From: a virus
Lineage: Duplodnaviria; Caudoviricetes
Strand: one strand, 5' to 3'
IMG/VR virus record: IMGVR_UViG_3300023172_000022
Location: 12,302-76,301 of that record
DNA length: 64,000 nucleotides
Shown here: piece after piece, positions 10,601 through 18,280 of the stretch
Layout of the letters: every line of letters begins with the position of its first letter
How positions within the stretch are numbered: the first letter of the stretch is position 1
The notes under the pieces: model-generated
What the model was told of the DNA's origin: nothing
Databases searched by the model: none
Seen by the model: only the letters and a program-made list of their open reading frames with translations
Position numbers and translations under genes: made by a program

Positions 10601-12203
10601 ACATATCAGCGGCTTTATCTTTTGTTATATCATTATCCAAGTTTGGCCATCCATTTCCAGATGGGAATTTATCCCAAGGGCCAAAAGTAACCGAGTACCC
10701 ATGAGTTCTGAAGGGATCATAGTGGAACGTTGTGTTACTCGCCCCCATCGTCTGTGTGACAAATCCTGTCGGGTGATTAGTTGCTATCGCATTGGTTGTT
10801 CCATCTTCTGGACTTTCTTTGTACCCCCTTGATGAGTTTTGGACGGCTTCCCTGCGCGAGGCGTGATATTTTAAAGATATTGCAGTATCCAAAGCAGCTG
10901 CAGTCGCTGCCGCTAAATCAGTATAAGTATACGCTCGATTCAAAGAGGGACTGCTGCCGCCGAATAAACTTCCCCTTCTTGCCGTTGATGAAGATTGTCC
11001 CCTACCGTGTTCTATAATAGTATTTACAAAGGAATATGTTAGTCCAGATAAAAGAGTTCTTGCGGTTCTTGTGAAAGTCAGCCCCCAATCAATAGATTGC
11101 GTTGAAGCTTCAAAATTTGTTACTGTTCCTTCTGGTATCCCACCATCTGGACTGAGAGATCTGAAAACACCACTAACTTTACTCAAAACATTACTTTTAA
11201 GTAGATGATTGTGAACCTCTTGAGCAAAATCTTCTATATCTTCAGCGACAGCTATAAAAGAAACACTTTCGCTTAATGTAGTGTTATCTGACAATTTTGT
11301 TCCAGTAAATGTTAGAGTATATTGATCGTCAGGCTGTACTCTGTCTGCCCCAGCTGCAAATTCAATATTGAAAACGCCTTGAAATGTTTCATTCTCTGTT
11401 ACATCAGCAGGGAAAAACTGTTCACCTTTATATGTCGTTATCCAAAAATGATGAATAATCGCCCCAGAAGGTTTTCTTTCTTCTTTGTAGTGCCTTAAAT
11501 TACCTTCTGTATCAATACCAGAAGCTCGATCTGGAAATGCAACTACATTTCTTGCTGGGTTTGTTAGTAATCTTTTAATTTTATTAAATTCATTTTCATA
11601 AACAAGTTGTGACAGTCTAGGCAACCCAATATAACCTTGTTGACTAGTCGCTGTTGTTTGGATTGCAACATTTGGAGGAATTCTCTTTAACCAATTTCCA
11701 TCTGCATCTCTATTATCGGGATGTGGATTCAAATATGAAAATAATTCGGCGTTTGGACCAAGAAATTTTGTCTTTTCCATCGGTGACGCCCATGCGGTGG
11801 AGTTCGACGATTGAGGTAACTGCATAGCTATAAAATCATTCCAAGTAGGACTTGCATAGGTATTGTCTTCTATAACTTTTGGTTTTAACTGGTTTCCGTC
11901 ATAGAAATAGTCTGTAATATATGTAACAGGATCACCGGAAGTCCAATCTCCGACGCCAAATGCGCCCTCGTTTGGAGCCGTCGTCGTTGAATCGTAGTAA
12001 TATACAATGAAACTGTCAATATATCTGGTAAGAGCATCATCTGATATAGTAATTTTGACCATATCTGGGCCAACATCTTTAAATCCATTAGAAAGTAAAT
12101 CTGTCGCCAACCTAGATAATAGGGGGGTTTCTTCCTGTCTTTCGGGATCCCAATCATATGCATCTAAATGTAGAATATCTTGTTGTTCTATTGCAACGCT
12201 CAT
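7662..12203 (-). CDS. Large virion structural protein, split-core paralog family member D (1513 aa)
   Basis: C-terminal core YPMTY...IQRHVD...PVHCIY...RFVVREKDILKPW...INPLEQL...GNGMRI is shared with three other genes in the window. Confidence 0.65.
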   Translation of the reverse strand: MSVAIEQQDILHLDAYDWDPERQEETPLLSRLATDLLSNGFKDVGPDMVKITISDDALTRYIDSFIVYYYDSTTTAPNEGAFGVGDWTSGDPVTYITDYFYDGNQLKPKVIEDNTYASPTWNDFIAMQLPQSSNSTAWASPMEKTKFLGPNAELFSYLNPHPDNRDADGNWLKRIPPNVAIQTTATSQQGYIGLPRLSQLVYENEFNKIKRLLTNPARNVVAFPDRASGIDTEGNLRHYKEERKPSGAIIHHFWITTYKGEQFFPADVTENETFQGVFNIEFAAGADRVQPDDQYTLTFTGTKLSDNTTLSESVSFIAVAEDIEDFAQEVHNHLLKSNVLSKVSGVFRSLSPDGGIPEGTVTNFEASTQSIDWGLTFTRTARTLLSGLTYSFVNTIIEHGRGQSSSTARRGSLFGGSSPSLNRAYTYTDLAAATAAALDTAISLKYHASRREAVQNSSRGYKESPEDGTTNAIATNHPTGFVTQTMGASNTTFHYDPFRTHGYSVTFGPWDKFPSGNGWPNLDNDITKDKAADMFFLNRDVSVRNCHYQIGAIQSYSYYYGYYNWQVTNADLNFYNYHYTDSIPGYVHSVNVSGFTGANKGDIFTINLTGLVDEDSDTPWENTIDISYSFEAKKPYSTASTLLVDLEAFLESSDCPYTQKYMNIDIVGTELRIEYNEDSSAYMIRNTKYQKYLSSNGDDRAWGLFNAPSNITTRTADQDGENYWIYNDGTIFGNKLIDYYNGNQDLMAANGSLNTITPITNHTATTFLDGTTDPNYVNLANTPKIAYNGAASADTEIDAISNRVDGEIRLSYQKDALAMANVLRLKFDPTFEYSQDPNSPPPIKMVSPLAWYTQSKNRDDEWMNSMYTWDIPDAARFSVTLEVEEETDFDDTGNNGPINFTLTETRAAALSNVGRIRMSFPLARDLGTLANPVRKGSMGVSVGADRATSCNYPVSYHSLVLDDDNSSTRLTRPVGPEVSFDFNLRQLHPNSTHNGINLGNTSYKQFETHTSDLEIDTFEYITDRSMGPLVFETDERTNLGGVDNSQPWRLRLDVSRGEELTETSPYINEGFLQVGSGQTGKGSQFEYLTVHAATEYQLLSNGDVTEVAANSDITQKITKREPGFMGGMRPQYQGYLGATVHKNNPYSQRDLLKGVLANKMNTDAGRVGLYHSTVDGFNSVPDVWTSSNSYSVTYTVGTGTVTNGILDDGEYRYEDSYLLGSSTELLNDTPYNTSNVRVQKGFYRRTGRTGNLAASYPMTYTLTIANHGMVFHIKDHESHTQEGRNAFFCIQRHVDSTTGEPDFTSPTQPVHCIYASSEPPVLYSDLTPFFKTETTGRSNSLAYDGIYDIDGNYVSEFVVDEVVEEDIKAFDLNEQGRFRRFVVREKDILKPWGRHVFAGINERDSHAVINPLEQLSLNDDGQLVIQFPTRIGSYRYLYTGKEIDLIGFVDAGAVGEDTILSSDRFSTTGTNDRRRLYRGLGSTNAYGNGMRILFLQGGFGVNTTFISTALLNS

Positions 12204-12237
12204 GGCGCAAACTCCTATTTGTTCTATAGTTTCTTAC

Positions 12238-12245
12238 TATTTATA
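12238..12245 (-). promoter_or_regulatory. T4-type late promoter TATAAATA
   Basis: Exact intergenic consensus. Confidence 0.8.
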
Positions 12246-12267
12246 AAAAACAAAAATGTAAAATTAT

Positions 12268-13935
12268 TTAATTTATTTCTAAATTGATATTATCTATTGT
12301 TCCATCTGACATTGTAAAATTTAAATAAGATTCTTGTAAGGTATTTCCTAAAAACAGAGAAACTAATGGTATGTCATCACGTACTCCAGTGTGATTAACA
12401 AATGGAATAAAATTGTTAAAATCGTCTGCTCCACCAACCGACTGAACAGTTGAAAATGTATATTTATTTGTATTGGTGTCATATACCAAAAATGTTGTAC
12501 CCGAAGTAGGAATATCTGATATATTATGCCCAGTGTAACTAAAATTCTGAAGATTGGTATTTATAGTATTAATTGCTGATTGGTTTGTTAGAATTGTATT
12601 TCTATTTTCGAGAAGGGTAATGTCTAAATCATATTGTGCAACTTCCAAATCATTTAATATTTCAAAGACATCAGCCAATTGAGAACCAATATTTGTATTT
12701 CCAGCAAGAGCATCTTGTATTTCTTTTAGCGTATCAAAATCTAGACTTACATTATCTAAAAGTATATCGAACCTGTCTTTAATTGCCTTTCTAAAACTTC
12801 CTGTAGTTTGATCATCACCATCTACAATTGCCATCTGAGATTGTAATGTATTAATATCAGATTCCATTGTAGTTATATTGGTATTCAATCCAGACAGAGC
12901 TCCACCAACCAAAGCGTCAAATTCACTTTCTAGAGCATTAAAATCTGCAACATGTGAATTAAAATCATTTACATGATTTGTAAAATCTGTAGATACAAAG
13001 TCACCAAGGGCATCCGCAATTTCTTTAAGGGTATCTCTGTCAGAACTGACACCATCTAATAGAATATCAAATCTGTCTTTTATCGCCTTTCTAAAACTTC
13101 CTGTAGTTTGATCATCACCATCTATAGTATCAATGCGACTAGTTTGTGTGGTTAAATCAGTTTCAACTCTTGCAATTTCAGAGGTTAAATCGGTTTCAAC
13201 TCTTGTAATTTCGGTGTCTAAAATAATATCTGCGTCAAATAAAGAAGTTGCAGAACCAATATAATTAGAGTTGGTATCTGGAGAATAATTTCCATTGATT
13301 GGTTGAAGTCCAGAACCTAAAACTATAGTATTTCGAAAAGTTTCAAAATCTGTTCTAAAATTTAAGGTGTCTCCTAAAGAATCTGCGATTTCTTTTAAAG
13401 TATCTAACTCTGGTATAACACCATCCAATAATTCATCAAATCTTTGTTTTATTAAATATCTTATCGAATCTGGAGTATTTTCGTCTGCCTCTATTATATC
13501 TAATCTTGCTTCAATATCTGCTACATCAATAGTAATTGTACCAGCTTTTGTGGAAGGATCATAAGAAAAGTTGACTCTACCTTCAAATATAAATTTTTCC
13601 ACACCAACTTCGTTTACTATAACACCGTCTACTGAAGTGCCAGTAGTGATCGAAGAACCAATTTGTTGCCACACATTATTGTGAGAATAGTATAAAAGTC
13701 CCGTCTGAGAATCTTTTGCCAATCTTTTGTCTAAAGGACTAGTATCAAAATCAGAAAGAGTGTCAAACTCAGTATACCTGATTAATTGTAAACTATCTCT
13801 GGCTCCTTGTGCGGTAGAGGCCCCAGTGCCACCTTGTGCAATAGCTACAAAATCTCCGTCAGTAAATTCTGCCAGAATTACTTCGCCGTCACCTTGTAAT
13901 ATCGCCTTGATAGGTCTTACTGTATCAAATGCCAC
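12268..13935 (-). CDS. Coiled-coil fibre protein (555 aa) with DTLKEIxDAL repeats
   Basis: N-terminal GGTGAS..AR..L motif, three DTLKEI repeats and heptad-like segments; GTG start with GAGGA RBS. Confidence 0.65.
   Translation of the reverse strand: MAFDTVRPIKAILQGDGEVILAEFTDGDFVAIAQGGTGASTAQGARDSLQLIRYTEFDTLSDFDTSPLDKRLAKDSQTGLLYYSHNNVWQQIGSSITTGTSVDGVIVNEVGVEKFIFEGRVNFSYDPSTKAGTITIDVADIEARLDIIEADENTPDSIRYLIKQRFDELLDGVIPELDTLKEIADSLGDTLNFRTDFETFRNTIVLGSGLQPINGNYSPDTNSNYIGSATSLFDADIILDTEITRVETDLTSEIARVETDLTTQTSRIDTIDGDDQTTGSFRKAIKDRFDILLDGVSSDRDTLKEIADALGDFVSTDFTNHVNDFNSHVADFNALESEFDALVGGALSGLNTNITTMESDINTLQSQMAIVDGDDQTTGSFRKAIKDRFDILLDNVSLDFDTLKEIQDALAGNTNIGSQLADVFEILNDLEVAQYDLDITLLENRNTILTNQSAINTINTNLQNFSYTGHNISDIPTSGTTFLVYDTNTNKYTFSTVQSVGGADDFNNFIPFVNHTGVRDDIPLVSLFLGNTLQESYLNFTMSDGTIDNINLEIN
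12785..13124. repeat. Intragenic 40-nt exact direct repeat (12785-12824 and 13085-13124)
   Basis: gcctttctaaaacttcctgtagtttgatcatcaccatcta occurs twice, 300 nt apart. Confidence 0.9.
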
Positions 13936-13960
13936 CGATTATCCTCTCTTTTATTTGTAT

Positions 13961-15046
13961 TTATGAAACGGCGCCTTCCGAACCTTCACCAATTTGAACT
14001 ACACTACCTCCACTGGATTCTAAATTGATATTAGAAATAAGTGAGTTGTTATTGCTTTGTACGCACGGAACAGGCCGTCTTGCAGCGGACCAACCAGCCT
14101 TTCCGTCTGATGAAGGTCCTCTACTATAATTTCTTATTGTTAAATTATCACTTTGATTCCCGCCGATAATTTCTATTGTGGTATCAGTCTTGTTTCCTGT
14201 CGCAATTCCAACATGTCCCTTTCCAGAATTTTTATAACTTCTCCAAAAAACAATAATGTCACCCCTTTGAATATCATCCCAACCTACTGGAGTGCCATAT
14301 CCTTCATAATTTCTTGCCGTGGCGCTTGCCAGATGTTTATGTCCAGATCTTTTTAGTGTTGCACCAACAAAAACTGCACACCAATGATTATAACCACCAC
14401 TTGGTAAAAATGCATATTGTCCTAAACCAACCTCTTTCCATAACGAAATAATATTTTGATTATTACCCTGTTCTGTCCATCTTCTTGTAGTCATTGCCTC
14501 GTAAGCAACATCAAACGGATTTCTTAATGGCACATCTTCGCAATTTCTAGAAGATAGTTCTTCTACATTCTCATCTTGAATTTCAGCCGTATCCGGCAAT
14601 CCTAAACCACCCTCACTGGGCGGTAATTGTGATATATTACCCCCACCAGAACTTTCTGTATTACTAGGTTGTGAATCTGTAAAGTCTGGATGTGGGATTG
14701 GACTAAATTTAATTTCTGGAAACTTTGGTGGTGTATATTTTTCTGTACTATCTCCGGCGTTTACATTTCCACTTCCAGTTCTTATAAAGGAACCACAACT
14801 AATTGGGTCCATCTCTCGCGCCACACCTTTTTTATTTACAAAAACTGATCCAGACCCTTTGGAAATATTGCCTGCGTGTGGTGGAACATTGGGACATGCA
14901 TGTGGTTTAAAAATGTCAACCTTTTCTCTTAAAGTTGGTTTTCCATTCGTAATTACATTATTACTACCAGCTGGACAAGTTCTTGGGGGAAAACAACCAT
15001 GTCCTGTGCATGGATCTGTATTTTGTCCTCTACTTACATTTGGCAT
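13961..15046 (-). CDS. PAAR (gp5.4-like) spike-tip protein fused to a TIGR02594/NlpC-P60(CHAP)-like cell-wall hydrolase domain
   Basis: The N-terminal ~100 aa have the PAAR pattern (D.CTGHGCFPP...GS.NV..NG.P...HAC...H.G.I..GS.SVFVN.K.VAR..D.ISCG...GS.NV.AG). The C-terminal part has HWCAVFV...ARNY...RGDIIVF.R...GHVG...IGGNQS. Start is probably the ATG at 15046 (GAGGA RBS). Confidence 0.85.
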   Translation of the reverse strand: MPNVSRGQNTDPCTGHGCFPPRTCPAGSNNVITNGKPTLREKVDIFKPHACPNVPPHAGNISKGSGSVFVNKKGVAREMDPISCGSFIRTGSGNVNAGDSTEKYTPPKFPEIKFSPIPHPDFTDSQPSNTESSGGGNISQLPPSEGGLGLPDTAEIQDENVEELSSRNCEDVPLRNPFDVAYEAMTTRRWTEQGNNQNIISLWKEVGLGQYAFLPSGGYNHWCAVFVGATLKRSGHKHLASATARNYEGYGTPVGWDDIQRGDIIVFWRSYKNSGKGHVGIATGNKTDTTIEIIGGNQSDNLTIRNYSRGPSSDGKAGWSAARRPVPCVQSNNNSLISNINLESSGGSVVQIGEGSEGAVS

Positions 15047-18000
15047 AAGCACTATATCCTCTTGTCGTCACCAGTATATCAGTTACTTGTTGATAATAGG
15101 CACTTTCACTATCGGGTCTTATTGCACAATTAAGTAACAATGGTTCTATATTTTCCAACCTTTCCGCTTCTATGGATGATACTGCAACATTACCCAAACT
15201 CATTTCTAACAATAAAATATCAAATTCTTCTTTAGTCATATTTAGTTGTCCTAAATCATAAAGTTCTTGTAGTTCAACTTTAGAATTTTCCATTTCTGTT
15301 TTGTTTAAATCGTTGTTAAATCTACCATATCCAGCTTCCCTTAATTTTTTAATTTTTTCTGTTCTAGTTAATATCTCGCCTTCCCAATATCCAAGTTGTG
15401 TATCCGGCAAGGTTTGTTCTTCTGGTTTAACTTTATTCGTATGCAACCATAGATCTCTGTCAAAAGAATAATTATTATGAACTTTTAATTCAAAGTTAAT
15501 TTCTTTTTTAAGTCCACCAGTCCCATCTTGTTCAAAATTAAATAATAAGTATTGTCTATCATCTTCTATATTTGTTATATATTTTTGTTCTACAACGAAA
15601 TTTGTATCAGTTATGACCAAATATGAATATGCAGCCAATTGATTGATTTGTTCATTTAGACTGTCTATCTGTTCCTGTAATATTTCTATTAAAACTTGAT
15701 CGGTAGTATTATTCAATTCTTGTTGAATTTCATCTCTTTTATTTGTTGCAACAATTTCTGCCTGAATTGCAGTGAGGTCGTATTCCGATGTTTCAGTATA
15801 TTGCTCAAAATCAAAGTCAAAATTTCTGTCCACTTCTACCTCAAAAGTCCATACATTTTTTATTACTGGTGATTGATTAGAATTAAAAATAACGGGAAAT
15901 AATTCTGGGCCTGTTGGAGAAGAAGAGATTCTCGCCCTAGAAGTGACTCCTGTTGTGCTGTTATGTTGTTCTACTGTGTCGCCAAAAGAAGGTAAAACTG
16001 CGTCATCTGGTTCTACGATTTGTATTATTCCTCTAGATATAGCACTCGCTAATATTTTATATTTAAATGTTCTAGGAGTTTTCATATCAAAATCTGTCCA
16101 ATCCAAATCTATTGGTGGATGATGTCCTTCGTCAGTCACCCAATTTTCTGTCGCATACTTATTTAAAAATATATCCATATCACTGATTTGTCCCGTCAAT
16201 CTACCATCTGTCGTTAATGTCAAACACTCAAGAAGTCTGTTATCACTTAAAAATTCGTAAGACCAAATATATCTACCAGCCTCTATTCCTTTACCATTTT
16301 TTGAACCAGTATTCATATTAAAATTAACAAATTCAAATTCATATAGTGGGTCATCTTCTCCTAAAGTAAGAGTTATTTCATATTTTATTTCTGATGTACT
16401 CATAGTAGAAGTTTTAATGTATTCCATTGGCACGAAATGATGCCCATAATAAAGTTTTGGTAAATTTACTGCTTCGTGACCATAAGCTTCAGAACCACCA
16501 GACTTTATTCTGCCTATTGATGATTGAATTTTCATTGGTTCAAAATTTGGCAAACTTTTTACATTGTGATAATAGGTTTGTCCTACAAACAAATCAAAAA
16601 CAAAAAATGGAGTTGACTCATATACAACTTGATTACCACTATATTTGCCGGAAGATTTTCCAAAAACTACAAAATCTGAAATTTGTGCAGTTGAAAATCT
16701 CTGTCCAAATTTTGGATATTGCGATTGAACACTTTCGTATTTTGCTTTTTGTATTGGGTATTGAGATTGTATGCCTTCATATGTTGGTTTCTGAACTGGA
16801 TATTGAGATTGTATGCCTTCATATGTTGGTTTCTGAACTGGATATTGAGATTGTATGCCTTCATATGTTGGTTTCTGAACTGGATAATGAGATTCAATAC
16901 CTTTCAAAGATGCTCTGAAAACCTCTTCTACCATTTTAAACTTAAATATATTAATGTCAGTGTATTGTGTTGGTAAATTTACATAACTTTCATCATTAAC
17001 AAAATAAGAGTATGGTTGTGTATAAACGGCAGGAACCATATTTTCATTTTGAGTCATATTATCCAAATCTAAGAAGAAAAGTTTGTGTAAGAATGTTTTT
17101 TCTTCTTCCTCTTTTAGATATGGACTATAATCTACTTCATATTCATTTAGTTTAGAAAATTGTAAATTTTCTTCAAAGGTTTTATCTGTAGGCCCGACAA
17201 TATAATCCATTTTTACATGCAGCGGATTAAATCTATGAATTCCACTTATAGGTACAAAAGTTTTGTCTGGTGGGCCAATAACCATTGGTTGTATGTAAGT
17301 TGTCTTGGTGGATTCTCTTATTTGAATTAAACCACTATCACCTTGTATTATGAGATCTTTCCCAGAATCAAATCCTGAGTCAATTATTTCGTGCAAGTCT
17401 GTTTTTCTCAAATAATCATTATCTGAAGAAATAATTAATAAATCATCTCTTTGTAAGAAACTATCTATTTCTTTTATCAGTGTAGAAGATTCTAATACAG
17501 TATCTAATGTTCCTTGGAATAATGGTTCACTAGATTTTAAATAATCACTAAATTTGTTTCCAATAGAAAAGAGTTGAGATTCTAAAGTATATTCTCCACT
17601 TTTTTCTATTAAAGACTTTGCTCTTTTTAAAAAATCTTTAGGACTGGTGCTCAATAATACAGATGGAACAATTACATCTTCTATTAATTTTGAATTTAAT
17701 TTTTCATTTATTGTGAATATTGATAAATTTTCTTCAATATAATTGGATGCAGCAACAACAACATCGATAAGGCCATCGGCACCTATAGTTCTTAATTTAT
17801 TTAAGGAATTTATTAATACTTCGGAATCGTTACCATACTTAGTAAGACTTTCGATTATTTGTCTATAATATTGTTTAGCGTCATTATAAGATAATGTACC
17901 TACATTACTGAAAAACCCCTTGTCTTTTCTGAAAATTTGTTTTTCCAACATAGGCAGGAAAACTTCAAAGAAACTATTATCATCAGAAACTGAATTCAAA

Positions 18001-18278
18001 GAATTTAATAGTTCAGTTGCTAAATACTCTGTTTGGAATGATTTTCCGATTGATAGTATTTCGTAATCATTACTAACTGTTCCGACAAATGTTGAATCTT
18101 CGGGCGTAGATTGGATAGAATAAATTGACTCAATATAAGTTGAATTAGAAACATTATTTTCAAAAAATTGACTATATATTTGCACATCAACTTCAGATTT
18201 TGATGTATATATTATGTTGTCAAAGAAAATGGTCTTAGCTTTTACTCTAATTCCATTACTGCCTATAATCTGAGTCAT
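15030..18278 (-). CDS. Large putative virion protein (1082 aa) with a 14-aa tandem repeat and an Ig-like segment
   Basis: Long ORF with QKPTYEGIQSQYPV repeats. YIWS...LTLTTDGRLTG resembles a putative Ig module. Confidence 0.55.
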   Translation of the reverse strand: MTQIIGSNGIRVKAKTIFFDNIIYTSKSEVDVQIYSQFFENNVSNSTYIESIYSIQSTPEDSTFVGTVSNDYEILSIGKSFQTEYLATELLNSLNSVSDDNSFFEVFLPMLEKQIFRKDKGFFSNVGTLSYNDAKQYYRQIIESLTKYGNDSEVLINSLNKLRTIGADGLIDVVVAASNYIEENLSIFTINEKLNSKLIEDVIVPSVLLSTSPKDFLKRAKSLIEKSGEYTLESQLFSIGNKFSDYLKSSEPLFQGTLDTVLESSTLIKEIDSFLQRDDLLIISSDNDYLRKTDLHEIIDSGFDSGKDLIIQGDSGLIQIRESTKTTYIQPMVIGPPDKTFVPISGIHRFNPLHVKMDYIVGPTDKTFEENLQFSKLNEYEVDYSPYLKEEEEKTFLHKLFFLDLDNMTQNENMVPAVYTQPYSYFVNDESYVNLPTQYTDINIFKFKMVEEVFRASLKGIESHYPVQKPTYEGIQSQYPVQKPTYEGIQSQYPVQKPTYEGIQSQYPIQKAKYESVQSQYPKFGQRFSTAQISDFVVFGKSSGKYSGNQVVYESTPFFVFDLFVGQTYYHNVKSLPNFEPMKIQSSIGRIKSGGSEAYGHEAVNLPKLYYGHHFVPMEYIKTSTMSTSEIKYEITLTLGEDDPLYEFEFVNFNMNTGSKNGKGIEAGRYIWSYEFLSDNRLLECLTLTTDGRLTGQISDMDIFLNKYATENWVTDEGHHPPIDLDWTDFDMKTPRTFKYKILASAISRGIIQIVEPDDAVLPSFGDTVEQHNSTTGVTSRARISSSPTGPELFPVIFNSNQSPVIKNVWTFEVEVDRNFDFDFEQYTETSEYDLTAIQAEIVATNKRDEIQQELNNTTDQVLIEILQEQIDSLNEQINQLAAYSYLVITDTNFVVEQKYITNIEDDRQYLLFNFEQDGTGGLKKEINFELKVHNNYSFDRDLWLHTNKVKPEEQTLPDTQLGYWEGEILTRTEKIKKLREAGYGRFNNDLNKTEMENSKVELQELYDLGQLNMTKEEFDILLLEMSLGNVAVSSIEAERLENIEPLLLNCAIRPDSESAYYQQVTDILVTTRGYSAYAKCK
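16717..16904. repeat. 42-nt tandem repeat, three exact copies (16759-16884) plus degenerate flanks
   Basis: Unit tattgagattgtatgccttcatatgttggtttctgaactgga. Confidence 0.95.
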
Positions 18279-18280
18279 TT

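Noticed and set aside
16427-16976. Several overlapping ORFs, and the repeat as a possible CRISPR array
   Set aside because: Units are contiguous with no unique spacers and lie in frame within a CDS; the alternative ORFs arise from the stop-free repeat.
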